Source of the DNA: Rhynchopus sp. YZ270_cl-10
Lineage: Eukaryota
Direction of reading: 5' to 3'
Length of the DNA: 64,000 bases
NCBI GenBank assembly: GCA_964035575.1
Contig: OZ037836.1
Coordinates: forward strand, 2,046,001 to 2,110,000
Part shown: in pieces, positions 24,090 through 37,098 of the stretch
How the letters are laid out: each line of letters begins with the position of its first letter
Numbering within the stretch: position 1 is the first letter of the stretch
Made by a program: the position numbers and the translations under genes
The notes under the pieces: generated by a model
Seen by the model: the letters and a program-made list of their open reading frames with translations, nothing else
Told to the model about the DNA's origin: nothing
The model's database searches: none

Positions 24090-25016
24090 ATGGAAATATG
24101 TGTGAAGAGCTTTGACGGAGAGAAGTGCACAGTCGAGGTGGGTGTGGATGATACAACTGCGGACATACGGCGGAAGGTGGCGTCTGCAGCAGAGTTGTGC
24201 GAAGACGGCTTTGACATGAGCTTCGGTGGGAAGCTGCTGGCCGAAGGAGACGACACGACGCAGCTGAGTGCTGGGGACACAGTTGTGCTGATGAAGACGA
24301 AGTCGCAGAAGGACGACGCCATTGCAGCTCTTCGTGACTTGGGTGAGACATGGCTGACGTCAGAGAGATTCGAAGGTCTGAGAGATCCCAAGCTGGTTCA
24401 TTTGTTTCTGCAGGCGGAGGTTGTTACTGAGATACCCTTCAACTGCTTGAGAGGTGCCACGTTCTCAGAACTTGATCTCAGTGGTGTGCCAGGTGTTACC
24501 TGTGTAGGTTTCGAATTCCTCACCCACTGCCCCTCATTGCACAGAGCTGATTTGTCTGGGTGGAACAATGTCACACTTATTTCAGGGTTCTTACTCTGCC
24601 ACTGCACCTCATTGCGCACTGTTGATTTATCTGGGTGGAGCAATGTGACACGCACTGGGAGTGCGTTCCTCAACGACTGCAGGGCATTGACCACACTGGA
24701 TATTTCAGGGTGGAACAATGTGACACGTGTTGATGACTGCTTCCTCATGAACTGCACCTCATTGACCACGCTGGATATTTCTGGGTGGAGAACTGTAAGG
24801 CACATAGGGAGCGACTTCCTCTACAACTGCAGCGCATTGAAAACCCTTGACTTATCTGGGTTGACGACTGTTCAGCACATTGGGAGAGACTTCCTAATAG
24901 GATGTAAAATACCCACAAGCAGCATCAACGTCACCGGATCGAGCAGTGTTGTGTCAGAATATGTACAGAACCCTAACCTCGTGGACAAAATCAAGCACAA
25001 ATGTGTGTGCATGTGA
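24090..25016 (+). CDS. UBL-LRR-CaaX protein, family B, 308 aa
   Basis: Same architecture with a divergent set of LRR variable segments. Confidence 0.93.
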   Translation: MEICVKSFDGEKCTVEVGVDDTTADIRRKVASAAELCEDGFDMSFGGKLLAEGDDTTQLSAGDTVVLMKTKSQKDDAIAALRDLGETWLTSERFEGLRDPKLVHLFLQAEVVTEIPFNCLRGATFSELDLSGVPGVTCVGFEFLTHCPSLHRADLSGWNNVTLISGFLLCHCTSLRTVDLSGWSNVTRTGSAFLNDCRALTTLDISGWNNVTRVDDCFLMNCTSLTTLDISGWRTVRHIGSDFLYNCSALKTLDLSGLTTVQHIGRDFLIGCKIPTSSINVTGSSSVVSEYVQNPNLVDKIKHKCVCM

Positions 25017-25445
25017 GGCATGTGCATCTTTCGAGAGGCTAGGCGCTCATTGCGATGTTTAGAGAACGACTTTTACAGTGCACGTTGCACTTTGCCCCTA
25101 CCAGAGCTAGCCTCGCTTTTGACCGTTCTTTCCCAAGCTTCAAGGTTAAAAGGAATGAGAATAATAAAAACAAAACTGGTGATGTTTTATACCCAATTCT
25201 TTGCCTCCTCGCGTGCGTACAGTGCTGCAACCAAGCATGTTGTCGTCGCAGCCAGTATTTTTGTGCATTATTTCCACCAACGTATTTTTGTGCTTTTTTT
25301 GCACGACCATTCTGTGCTAAGACCTAACTGCACAAATTGATGTTTGTGCCCATTCATCGTTCAAGGTTTGATTCTTTAGTTCCAAAGTGGAAACAAAACA
25401 GCACCATTTCCCTTTTCATTTTGTGTAGTCAGTTTTTTGTTGAAC

Positions 25446-26104
25446 TGGTGTGATTTTTCTAAAAAAAAGGTGTAAAAAAGGTCCTTCTAAGGTCCTTCTA
25501 AGGTATGGTGGTTTTCCTTAGGGCATTTCCTTAAGGAAAACGTGACTTTTTCCCGAGCTTTCTGTACCCAGTACCCAGTACCAAAGGGCCGCTGGAGGGT
25601 TCCGAGACGGCGGTAGCCTGCGACACTATGTCATGGGAAGGAGGGATACCAGCTTGCGCCGCAGGCGCACGGTACTTTTATTGTTTCGGCGTATCCTTTT
25701 TTCTCACTCTTCGTTGGGTTCTACGAGCTCCGCCCCGTCAAATGGTGGGGTGTAAAATTCGCATCTACGCAAACTGCCCCACGTTCCTTTTGTACTTTTC
25801 CTTCAGACGTCAAGTACTGACCATATTTTGCACACAGAACCTGAAAATGGCCTGTAAAAACTGACACATGCATTTTAGGTCAAAAATACTCATTTCTGAG
25901 CGCAAAGTGACCCCATCACAGCACGTACAGGCTCCGGTGCACCGAAATCAAAAAAAAATATTTTTGATTTTTTGTGGGGGAAAATTTCTGGCCACACAAA
26001 ACCACCAAAAAGATGTACACAAAATAATTTTAGCACCCCCCTAAAAAAAAGGTGTAAAAAAGGTCCTTCTAAGGTATACCACTACCCTTGTATAGGTCAC
26101 ACCA
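25446..26104. mobile_element. TG...CA-ended element, family E
   Basis: TIR TGGTGTGA / TCACACCA; 5-bp TSD TGAAC (25441-25445, 26105-26109); ~35-bp subterminal direct repeats; internal similarity to 36990-37098 and 37861-37915. Confidence 0.7.
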
Positions 26105-26676
26105 TGAACAAGATAAAACAAAAAAGCTTGCGTTTCTTTTATCGAACAGATTCTATTCTCCGCCCCGTACCCAAAACGTAAACACCACTTTGAATCAGAA
26201 AAATATTTTCTTTTCTTTTTTCTTCCACATGCGCTTGGTTTTTGTGTTCATTTATTTTTATCAAAAAGCATTAGTTTCGACAGCGAAACGTTTCCCCATG
26301 TATTGCACGGGAAACAATATATATGACAAACAGGTGCAGGGTGGTTCCGTGCAAATCATAGAACCCGGCACCTTGTGTGTCTTCCAAAAACCAAAAGTGT
26401 TGTGTGTGAAGTTTTGAAGGAAGGAAAAATAAAAGTTGAGAGACAAATGTGCAGGGTTGGACCCCTGTAGTTATGATAAAAGCGATGAAAATAACAAAAG
26501 TATGGTGCCAAGTTCACAAGGAACACATAGTGGAGCACATCCTCAGGTGTCCACACTAATACAACGAAGCTTTCAAAACAAAACAAAAGACCTCTCCCCT
26601 TGCAACTGTTTGTTGTCTCTTGCGTACTCTTGCCCCCAATTGAAAACACCTGCACAAAACAGAGAGACACAAAACC

Positions 26677-27585
26677 ATGGAAATATGTGTGAAGAGCTTT
26701 GACGGAGAGAAGTACACAGTCGAGGTGGGTGTGGATGATACAACTGCGGACATACGGCGGAAGGTGGCGTCTGCAGCAGAGTTGTGCGAAGACGGCTTTG
26801 ACATGAGCTTCGGTGGGAAGCTGCTGGCCGAAGGAGACGACACGACGCAGCTGAGTGCTGGGGACACAGTTGTGCTGATGAAGACGAAGTCGCAGAAGGA
26901 CGACGCCATTGCAGCTCTTCGTGACTTGGGTGAGACAAGGCTGACGTCAGAGAGGCTCGAAGGTCTGAGAGATCCCAAGCTGGTTCATTTGTTTCTGCAG
27001 GCGGAGGTTGTTACTGAGATCCCGTATGAATTCTTGTCACATGCCACGTTCTCAGAACTTGATCTCAGTGGTGTGTCAGGTGTGACTGCAATAGGCGACT
27101 GCGTCCTCCAAAGCTGCACCTCATTGCACACTGCTGACTTATCTGGGTGGAGCAATGTAGGACTCCTGAAGAGTTTCTTCCTCTCCAAATGCACTGCCTT
27201 GCGAACCCTTGACTTGTCTGGGTGGAACAATGTGACCCGGGTTGATATGTACTTTCTCTCCAACTGCACCTCGTTGACCACACTGGATATTTCTGGGTGG
27301 AACAATGTGACGCAGCTTGGGCACTGTTTTCTCGCCGGCTGCACTGCACTGCGAATACTTGACTTGTCTGGGTGGAACAATCTGACACAGGTTGATGACT
27401 ACTTTCTGTCCAACTGCAGCGCATTGCAAACACTTGACCTATCTGGATGGACGACTGTTCAGCACATTGGGAAACGCTTCCTAAAAGGATGCAACATACC
27501 CACAAGCAGCATCAACATCACCGGATCGAGCAGTGTTGTGTCAGACAAAATGGACAAAATCAAGCACAAATGTGTGTGCATGTGA
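26677..27585 (+). CDS. UBL-LRR-CaaX protein, family B, 302 aa
   Basis: Same architecture; ends KIKHKCVCM. Confidence 0.93.
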   Translation: MEICVKSFDGEKYTVEVGVDDTTADIRRKVASAAELCEDGFDMSFGGKLLAEGDDTTQLSAGDTVVLMKTKSQKDDAIAALRDLGETRLTSERLEGLRDPKLVHLFLQAEVVTEIPYEFLSHATFSELDLSGVSGVTAIGDCVLQSCTSLHTADLSGWSNVGLLKSFFLSKCTALRTLDLSGWNNVTRVDMYFLSNCTSLTTLDISGWNNVTQLGHCFLAGCTALRILDLSGWNNLTQVDDYFLSNCSALQTLDLSGWTTVQHIGKRFLKGCNIPTSSINITGSSSVVSDKMDKIKHKCVCM

Positions 27586-28503
27586 GGCATGTGCATCTTT
27601 CGAGAGGCTACGCTCATTGCGATGTTCAGGGAACGAATTTTACAGTGCACGTTGCACTTTGCCCTGACCAAAAGTAACGTCGCTTTTGACCATTCTTTCC
27701 CAAACTTCAGGGTTAAAAAGAACGAGAAGAAAAAAAACAAAAGTGGTGATGTTTTATACCCAATTCTTTGCCTCCTCGCGTGCGTACAGTGCTGCAACCA
27801 AGCATGTTGTCGTCGCAGCCAGTATTTTTGTGCATTATTTCCACCAACATATTTTTGTGTGTTTTTCTTCCACATGCGCTTGGTTTTTGTGTTCATTAAT
27901 TTTTATCAAAAAGCTTTAGTTTCGACAGCGAAACGTTTCCCCATGTATTGCACGGGAAACAATATATATGACAAACAGGTGCAGGGTGGTTCCGTGCATA
28001 TCATAGAACCCGGCACATTTGAGTGTCTTCCAAAAACCAAAAGTGTTGTGTGTGAAGTTTTGAAGGAAGGAAAAATAAAAGTTGAGAGACAAATTTGCAG
28101 GGTTGGACCCCTGTAGTCATGATAAAAGCGATGACGCCATTGAGAGACTCATAGGCGCATGAGTGATAGACGTTGTCGCTGTGGTATCCCGCCTCGCAGA
28201 GGAAGGTGTTTTTTGACACAGCAACTTCGTGAGTCAGTATCGGTCTGCGAATCAAATTGAAAACGGCGTGTTTGCGCGTCATATCGCAGAGGATAGAGAA
28301 ACTGAAAAGTCATGAAAATAACAAAAGTATGGTGCCAAGTTCACAAGGAACACATAGTGGAGCACATCCTCGGGTGTCCACACTAATACAACGAAGCTTT
28401 CAAAACAAAACAAAAGACCTCTCCCCTTGTAACTGTTTGTTGTCTCTTGCGTACTCTTACCCCCAATTGAAAACACCTGCACAAAACAGAGAGACACAAA
28501 ACC

Positions 28504-29505
28504 ATGGAAATATGTGTGAAGAGCTTTGACGGAGAGAAGTACACAGTCGAGGTGGGTGTGGATGATACAACTGCGGACATACGGCGGAAGGTGGCGACTG
28601 CAGCAGAGTTGTGCGAAGACGGCTTTGACATGAGCTTTGGAGAGAAGGTGCTGGCCGAAGGAGACGACATCACGCAGCTGAGTGCTGGGGACACAGTTGT
28701 GCTGACGAAGACGAAGTCGCAGAAGGACGACGCCATTGCAGCTCTTCGTGACTTGGGTGAGACAAGGCTGACGTCAGAGAGGTTCAACGGTCTGAGAGAT
28801 CCCAAGCTGGTTCATTTGTTTCTGCAGGCGGAGGTTGTTACTGAGATCCCGTATGAATTCTTGTCACATGCCACGTTCTCAGAACTTGATCTCAGTGGTG
28901 TGTCAGGTGTGACTGCAATAGGCGACTGCGTCCTCCAAAGCTGCACCTCATTGCACACTGCTGACTTATCTGGGTGGAGCAATGTGACACTCCTGAAGAG
29001 TTTCTTCCTCTCCAAATGCACTGCCTTGCGCACCCTTGACTTGTCTGGGTGGAAAAATGTGACGCGGGTTGATATGTACTTTCTCTCCCACTGCACCTCA
29101 TTGACCACACTGGATATTTCTGGGTGGCACAATGTGACGCAGCTTGGGCACTGTTTTCTCGCCGGCTGCACTGCACTGCGAACCCTTGACTTATCTGGGT
29201 GGAACAATGTGACGCAGGTTGATGACTACTTTCTGTCCAACTGCACCTCATTGACCACCTTGTTTATTTCTGGGTGGAACAATGTGACGCAGCTTGGTAA
29301 CTATTTTCTCCGCAACTGCAGCGCATTGCAAACCCCTGACCTATCTGGATGGACGACTGTTCAGCACATCGGGAAAGGCTTCCTAAAAGGATGCAACATA
29401 CCCACAAGCAGCATCAACGTCACCGGATCGAGCAGTGTTGTGTCAGAATATGTGCAGAGCCCTAACCTCGTGGACATAATCAAGCACCAATGTGTGTGCA
29501 TGTGA
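28504..29505 (+). CDS. UBL-LRR-CaaX protein, family B, 333 aa
   Basis: Same architecture; ends IIKHQCVCM. Confidence 0.92.
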   Translation: MEICVKSFDGEKYTVEVGVDDTTADIRRKVATAAELCEDGFDMSFGEKVLAEGDDITQLSAGDTVVLTKTKSQKDDAIAALRDLGETRLTSERFNGLRDPKLVHLFLQAEVVTEIPYEFLSHATFSELDLSGVSGVTAIGDCVLQSCTSLHTADLSGWSNVTLLKSFFLSKCTALRTLDLSGWKNVTRVDMYFLSHCTSLTTLDISGWHNVTQLGHCFLAGCTALRTLDLSGWNNVTQVDDYFLSNCTSLTTLFISGWNNVTQLGNYFLRNCSALQTPDLSGWTTVQHIGKGFLKGCNIPTSSINVTGSSSVVSEYVQSPNLVDIIKHQCVCM

Positions 29506-30873
29506 GGCATGTGCATCTTTCGAGAGACTAGGCACTTATTGCGATGTTCAGAGAATGAATTTTACGTTGCACGTTGACTTACCAAAAATATGAAACTGAG
29601 ATGTTTTTTATGCACAGTTCTTTGCTTCCTCGCGTGCGTACACTGATACAAGCAAGCATGTTGTTGTTTTGTACTAAGTTAAGACAAATGCTTTGTGATG
29701 GGAAATGAGTCAAATGTCTTTTTGTTTTTTGTGACGCGACGCTTGTGACATGCAGCGTGTACATTTGTCTGTAAATCTTTTAGTATACGCGAAGACGATT
29801 CTCACCTCACCCCCACACTCTTTCAATGCAACATGTTAGACCGTTTGGTCTGGGAGGGTTTGGGATTCTTCTTTCGTAACCACACATACTATTTGAAAAA
29901 ATGCTCGAGACCCTCGTGTAAAGTATCGTGTTCTACGTATCCACCTCCCCCCCCTGAGGACCCTCTTTTCCCCGTGCATGCACATGTGCTCCACGACACT
30001 TTTCTGGAAGTGTTTGCGCGTCATATCGCATAGTGAAACTGAATAGTCATGAAAATACAAAACTGAGGAACACGCCACTCTGCCTCTTTCCGCCCTCCCG
30101 CTCCACATTGATTTACCTTACTTCACCTTCGGTTACCCTTACAGGGGGGGGGGGGGTGAAGGAAGGTTGTGGAAAACAATGTCATCTATGCCTGCCTGGG
30201 AAAGCTGGCCGGGTGCGGATAAGGTACATTGGGCCCATATCAAAACCCCAGTCCCCAAGGCCAATGCAATGGAGCCTGACACTGAAGATGAGTGCGTTTC
30301 CCACTCATGCGGTGTTATGCACAAAAAGGGTGTGCTTGTGTGCAGAGCTGCGGCAGGTCATGCACGAAGACGTGCATGCGCAACACAGGGATCATCTCGG
30401 AAGGGGTCGTCTCTGACGTCCTGAAGAAAACAGAGAGTTGGGTCGGTCCGGTGTATGCGTGGAGACACACCCCCAGCACGAAGGTGAAGAAGGAGAAGCC
30501 GAGCGAGCTGCAGCAGGACGCGGAGTACGAGGACGTAGAAGGCACACTGGAAGGGCTCCTCGAAATGATTCCGGAAACGGCTAAAGAAGCTCTAAAGTCA
30601 TAATAACTCAAAGTGGACGGTTGGAGCTTTTCATGCACACTTTTTTTTGCACGCTTTGATTTCTGCAGAAGGAGAACGAAAATCTCAAGAAAACTGTAGC
30701 GTTTATTAAAAAGTCCCACCAAACGGCACTCGCTGCGTTCTCGCCGTTTGTCGTTGCAACCTGGAAATAATAAAATCTACATTCTTGAGCTCTTCTAAAC
30801 GACGTGATTTTCATTGGACGCATCCCCACCTGTAAGAATATCCAGAAGCCGCATCCGCAAAGAGATCCGTGAA

Positions 30874-31097
30874 AAGGTAGGGAAGGCGTTCAGGGAGTCG
30901 TCCCTCCCTTTGGCAGCACCCTCGAGTACAAGGTAGGGAAGGCGTTCAGGGAGTCGTCCCTCCCTTTGGCAACACCCTCGAGTACAAGGTAGGGAAGGCG
31001 TTCAGGGAGTCGTCCCTCCCTTTGGCAGCACCCTCGAGTACAAGGTAGGGAAGGCGTTCAGGGAGTCGTCCCTCCCTTTGGCAACACCCTCGAGTAC
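30874..31097. repeat. Minisatellite, 4 x 56 bp
   Basis: AAGGTAGGGAAGGCGTTCAGGGAGTCGTCCCTCCCTTTGGCA(G/A)CACCCTCGAGTAC in tandem. Confidence 0.95.
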
Positions 31098-32498
31098 CAA
31101 AAGGGCAGCCTCAGATGCTCCAAAGACGTATGGCGACAAAGAAGGAAACAAACGAGGAGACAATTCATGAGCCGCACTGGCCCCGCAGAACCTCAGCCTG
31201 AGCGCTTTGCTGGAAGAAAGGCCTCCTTCGCATCTCGGACGTCCACGACAGAAGGAACTGCCACTCACCAGAGCAGGCTTGTATGGTCATGGCGAAGGCG
31301 CAAGCTCACTCTGTCAGCGCTAACGGGTTCTTACATGGGGGGGAGCTGCGAGGTGTGTGGGGAGGACCTGGCACAACACACGAACAGTGCCGTGCCTGCC
31401 CCTTCTCTTCCTCTCAAATGAAAAGTGTTTCTTTTGTTTTCTGTTTTCACTTCGAAATGCTGTTTTCACAAATATTCGGACACAAATTGAAACTGCGTTC
31501 CTACTTTTCCTTTTTATGTTTTTCCCCTACCCCCGCAAACAATGAAGCAACAAAGCAATAAAGACAAAAGGGAGAGGTTGTGGTGAAACGCACACACCTC
31601 GACCTGTCGGTGAAGTGTGGCTCTCCACTCCAACCCGCCCTGGATGAGAACATACAACAAAGGCAGGGAGTAGGGGTACGGTGTTCAATTTCCTTTTAGC
31701 ATTGCATGTAATCATGAAACAAAACAAAAGACCTCTCCCCTTGTAACTGTTTGTTGTCTCTTGCATACTCTTACCCCCAATTGAAAACACCTGCACAAAA
31801 CAGAGAGACAAAGCCATGGAAATATGTGTGGAGAGCTTTGACGGAGAGAAGTACACAGTCGAGGTGGGTGTGGATGATACAACTGCGGACATACGGCGGA
31901 AGGTGGCGACTGCAGCAGAGTTGTGCGAAGACGGCTTCGACATGAGCTTCGGAGAGAAGCTGCTGGCCGAAGGAGACTACATCACGCAGCTGAGTGCTGG
32001 GGACACAGTTGTGCTGACGAAGACGAAGTCGCAGAAGGACGACGCCATTGCAGCTCTTCGTGACTTGGGTGAGACGGCTGACGTCAGAGAGGTTCAAGTG
32101 TCTGAGAGATCCCAAGCTGGTTCATTTGTTTCTGCAGGCGGAGGTTGTTACTGAGATCCCCGATCAAATCTTGGCAGGTGGCACGTTCTCAGAACTTGAT
32201 CTCAGTGGTGTGCCAGGTGTGACTCAAATAGAAAGAGGTTTCCTCCAATGCTGCACCTCATTGCACACTGCTGACTTATCTGGGTGAGCAATGTGACACT
32301 CCTTAAGAGTTTCGTCCTCTTCAAATGCACTGCCTTGCGCACCCTTGACTTGTCTGGGTGGAACAATGTGAGGCACGTACGGGACTTCTTTCTCTGCAAC
32401 TGCACCTCGTTGACGACACTGGATATTTCAGGGTGGAACAATGTTACGCAGCTTGGTGATTACTTCCTCTACAACTGCACCTCATTGCCCACGCTGGA

Positions 32499-32590
32499 GG
32501 GGACAAAAACGTGAGGTGGCAGCCCCCCGGCATTTTTGCCCTGGCGTCCCCGGATATAATCTCTTTTTTGAGTGAACGAAGGCCACGCGT
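32499..32590 (+). ncRNA. Possible HDV-like ribozyme variant
   Basis: P1 GGGGAC/GUCCCC followed by GG; P2 GUGGC/GCCAC; P3 GCC/GGC; P4 CUC-U6-GAG; J4/2 C-GAA (C32577); L3 atypically extended by the hairpin GGCAUUUUUGCC. Confidence 0.5.
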
Positions 32591-33111
32591 GGGATGGTTG
32601 CATTGCACTTTTGCAAACCCGGGCACATGATACTGGAGGGTCCAAAGCAACTGGAGGAGGTGTATGCTGGGCTTTTTGTGCCCTCAGGGATTTAAGCGAC
32701 CCTGCGCCTACTTTACGACCATGCACAGCTTTTGCTTTTCTTTTCTTTGCTTTTCTTTGCTTTTTGTAGGTGCTAACCTGCGGCAGTGGTTTGCATCAGT
32801 TGGGTGTTCCACTCACCGCAGTTTAGAGAATTAGGAGATGCCAGTCATTCGTTCCTCCCATTGGAATGACTGGTGGTTTTATTGTTGTTTATTTCTTTTG
32901 ACGCTGCCAGAGTGCGGACCTTGAACTGGCTTATATACAACCTAGGCCACCAGCGGTGGTATACGGCCCCTGTTCACTTAGGTGTCGCTTCTTTGTTGGG
33001 TATAAGTCAGCAAATGGGATCAAGCCACTCTCTGGCACACCGTGGTGCCATCCTTCCCTTTTGCTGGTTTTTCTTTTTGCGGGGGTGGATCACGTTTTTC
33101 AAGGTTAATAT
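32499..33111 (+). mobile_element. Short retroposon-like insertion with possible 5' HDV-like ribozyme
   Basis: 18-bp TSD CTCATTGCCCACGCTGGA (32481-32498, 33112-33129); no TIR or credible ORF; starts GGGGAC. Confidence 0.8.
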
Positions 33112-34997
33112 CTCATTGCCCACGCTGGATATTTCTGGGTGGAACAATGTGACGCATGTTGGGACCTGCTTCCTCTCCAAATGCACTGCATTGCAAACCC
33201 TTGACTTATCTGGGTTGACGACTGTTCAGCACATTGGGAAACGCTTCCTAAAAGGATGTAAAATACCCACCAGCAGCATCAACATCACCGGATCGAGCAG
33301 TGTTGTGTCAGACAAAATGGACAAAATCAAGCACAAATGTGTGTGCATGTGAGGCATGTGCATCTTTCGAGAGGCTAGGCGCTCATTGCGATGTTCAGAG
33401 AACGAATTTTACATTGCACGTTGCACTTTGCCCATGCCAAAAATATGAAACTGGAGATGTTTTTTATGCACAGTTCTTTGCATCCTCGCGTGCGTACACT
33501 GATACAACCAAGCATGTTGTTGTTTTGTACTAAGTTAAGACAAATGCTTTGTGGTGGGAAATGATTCAAAGATTTGTTACCTCACGTTTTGAGAGTCAAC
33601 ATAGTGTTGTGAAAGAGAAAACCGACGCAGGAGCCTTTTATCGGAAACTGTTTTCTTCTCCACTAACACACACAAACACTGGACAGAAAAAGCTTTTTTC
33701 ACACGTTTTTTTTTCTGTTCTCATATGAATTTGCTGTTCTCCTTTTTTAACTCTCTGCTTTTCATTTTTTCAAAAATGGATTTAAGAATGCCTTGCCCTG
33801 GTCAGGACAAGGCGTTGCGAGCGGGAGGTACGCAATCGACGTGACGCATGCACATCTGAGGACGAACACTGTGGAGTTATAGTCTGGTCGCGATAGTTTT
33901 CGCGAACTTTCCTGCAGTCAACGCAGGGAAAGAATTAATCAACGATGTGATACAGGATATGGGTGGTTCAGTGATTCCACAGAACCGACACCATTCAACC
34001 AAAACCAAATCAATTAAAAAAGACAGAGTTTTTGAAGTAAGGAAAGAAAAACGTTACGATTTTATTCCCTTCCCCGTTTATTGCGCACTCACCTCATTTC
34101 TGAGAATTTTCTGTCTTGGTTGTGCATATTTTTTGCCTTCGGAATTTTCCTCGTTTCCGGATCATTTTTTTAAAAAGCATTTTCAAAGAAGTAAGAGTCG
34201 CCACCGTGACAGGCTTGGCGCTAACGAGCAGAGACCTTCCTCGCAGAGGAAGGTGTTTTGACACAGCAACTTCGTGAGTCAGTATCGGTCTGCGAATCAA
34301 ATTGAAAACGGCGTGTTTGCGCGTCATATCGAAGAGGATAGAGAAACTGAAAAGTCATGAAAATACAAAACTGAAGAACAGCCACTCTGCCTCAGCAGGG
34401 AAAGTGAACGAAAGGATGGTGGCCACGTTCGACACATTGCACATCCTCGGGTGTCCACACTAATACAACGAAGCTTTCAAAAAAACAAAACAAAAGACCT
34501 CTCGCCTTGTCACTGTTTGCTGTCTCTTGCACACCACACGCACACCTAAACACGAAGTTCTGCTTCCTTTCTCTGCAGACAAACACACATGTCTACTGAG
34601 CCTACACACTCGTTGAGTGCCTCACAAAACCTCAAATTACTTCTTCTTTGCTTTTTATTTGTTGTCTTCGCGCTTTATCATTGTTGTTGGGAAATAAAAC
34701 CTGGAACAGTATTCTTCCCAAAGTCTGAGGGAAACTCAATACGTCATTTTGCGAAGACTTCTTTCCTGTTGGTGCGTGGGGTGTCTGCAACGTCTTGTTA
34801 ATGTACTTCGTACATGTTCACACAATAGCCCCTCAACCGTGTGGTGACGTTTCTGCGTTCGTACGACCTCCACCAATGCTTTCCTCCACGCACTCCGTGC
34901 CTTCTTCCCACCATGATTGCCTCCTTCAGTGTTCTGATGTCCTCTCCTACTCCCACAACCCCACCACACAACAGAGCAACACAAAAAAGAAGGCAAA

Positions 34998-35888
34998 ATG
35001 GACGTAACCATCAAGGGGTACGACGACAACTTGTTCATGATCGAGGTGGGTGTGGATGACACAACGGAGACGATGCGGCAGAAGGTGGCGTCTGCAGTGG
35101 GGTTGGCTGAGGACAGCTTCCACATGGGCTTCGGAGGGAAGGACGAAGGAGAGGACATCACGCAGCTGAGTGCTGGAGACACAATCATCCTCACGAAAAC
35201 TAAGAAGTACGCAGCCCGAGCAGAGCTTCATGCGTTGGGTGAGACGGACATCACTGCAGAGCGGTTGGAGGAGGTGGATGATCCTGAGGTGGCGTGTTTG
35301 CTTCTGCAGGCGGAGGTTGCGACTGTCATTCCGGATGACTTCTTGTCGCGTTCATCGTTAACGAGACTTGATCTGAGTGCTGTGTCGTGTGTGACGGAGG
35401 TTGGTGATAGCTTTTTGTACAGTTGTACAACGTTGACAAGCATCGACCTGTCAGGGTTGAGCAATGTGACGCGCATCGGTGACTACTTTCTCTCCGACTG
35501 CAAAGGCTTAACCACTCTGGATCTTTCGCCACTCAGCAACTTGACGCGCATCGGTAGCAACTTTCTCTACGACTGCAAAGGTTTAACCACTCTGGATCTT
35601 TCAGCACTCAGCAACTTCACAGAAGTCGGTGACTACTTTCTCTACTACTGCGAAGGCTTAACCACTCTGGATCTTTCACCACTCAGCAGGGTTAAGGTTG
35701 TTGATTCGCACTTTCTTACGATCTGCACTTCGTTGAAGAGTATTTACCTTACCGGCTGCAGCAGTGCTGTGTCCGACGCAGTGAGGAATAACAAGAAGCT
35801 GAGCAAACTTGTGGTTGAAGCACGTCCGAAACGCAGCAGAGACGAATCCCCCCAACAAGCACACAAACGGCAGAGACACACACAATGA
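34998..35888 (+). CDS. UBL-LRR protein, family A, 296 aa
   Basis: Paralogue of 12895; tail RPKRSRDESPQQAHKRQRHTQ. Confidence 0.93.
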   Translation: MDVTIKGYDDNLFMIEVGVDDTTETMRQKVASAVGLAEDSFHMGFGGKDEGEDITQLSAGDTIILTKTKKYAARAELHALGETDITAERLEEVDDPEVACLLLQAEVATVIPDDFLSRSSLTRLDLSAVSCVTEVGDSFLYSCTTLTSIDLSGLSNVTRIGDYFLSDCKGLTTLDLSPLSNLTRIGSNFLYDCKGLTTLDLSALSNFTEVGDYFLYYCEGLTTLDLSPLSRVKVVDSHFLTICTSLKSIYLTGCSSAVSDAVRNNKKLSKLVVEARPKRSRDESPQQAHKRQRHTQ

Positions 35889-37098
35889 CGATGAGGTGTG
35901 CTGGTGGTTTCAGCCTCAGAATTGGCAAGGTTCGCGGTACCAAGTGGTGGCTCACGTGCCATTTGTGTTTGAGGAAGCCCGCTATGTAGCACAGCACCAA
36001 AAGCAAAGCAGCTGTGCTGCGGTCAACGAAAGCAGACATGGTGGCAGTTTAGTGAGGACACATCAGTTGGCAAATGTTTGTTTAATGTTGATGAGGGTAG
36101 CATCGGTTTGTAATGTGGTCCACGTTTTTGTGGGAATTGTCAAGATCTTGATCACAAAGATGAAGATTTGGGCTGTGTGAAATGTTTGTCTTGTTTGCCT
36201 TGTCGGGTGTGTGCACTGTACGTGAAACAACTGTGGATCTGCAGGTACGTGCTCTGATGTTTATTCAGTGTGGTGTGTTGTGGTTTTGTTATGTTTTTAC
36301 GCTTTTTTTGGTGTGGCCCGCCCCAAAATAAAGTCAAAAAAATGTACTTCTAATGTATGGTAAAAAAAGGGGGGTAAAAAAATTTTTCCCACCCATACTG
36401 GCATAGTCAGTGTGCATAATAATAGGGTCCCGAGCTTTCCCCCCGCAAAAAGCGGTCGCTGCGCGCGCTTCGCGCACGCGACTCCCTGCTAGTGCAAGAA
36501 GGTGAGGCTCTTTCTCACCTCTGATGCACAAAATCGTGAAAGGCGGGTGGGGACGGTGAACCACAAGCCGTAGTGGGTGTTAACCTTCTTATCAGTAACC
36601 TCAGTGCATCTATAAAAGAAGAGGCGGTCATGGCATCCAAAGGTTCCAGGCGAAGCCACGGTACGCAACATTTCTGAAAAATGTTGCCATAAAATGACGC
36701 TGTCGTTCGTAATTAACGTCACTTTCCGTAAATTTTACTTACGTATTTCGCTAAAAACGAAAGCTTCTGGCGAAGCCACGGTACGCAACATTTCAAAAAA
36801 AAATGCGCTTACAATTGAACATTTTACAGCCAAACTACGACATGGGAAGAGTGCAAGCTTGCGCCGCAGGCGCACGGTACGCTACTTTTCTTCTTTCGCT
36901 ATGCCGCATGTTACAGTAAAATAAAAGAAAATTGTCATCTGAAAATAGAGTTATGTGGGGGTAAGGTGGGGGGTGGGGCTCCGCACCAAACCTGAAAATA
37001 GCCTGTAAAACTGATACATGCATTTTAGGTACAAAATACTCATTTCTCAGCGCAAAATGACCCCACCACAACACGCACGGACTCCGGAGAATCGGGAA

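Larger units (their letters stand above)
31816..33352 (+). pseudogene. UBL-LRR-CaaX family B pseudogene
   Basis: 2-bp deletion at ~32075 (GAGACGGCTG vs GAGACAAGGCTG); 1-bp deletion at ~32286 creating TGA; 613-bp insertion at 32499. Confidence 0.9.

Noticed and set aside
30292..30603. Coding-like segment (KVKKEKPSELQQDAEYEDVEG...)
   Set aside because: Short, with no recognisable domain or reliable start; possibly a decayed gene or TE but unsupported
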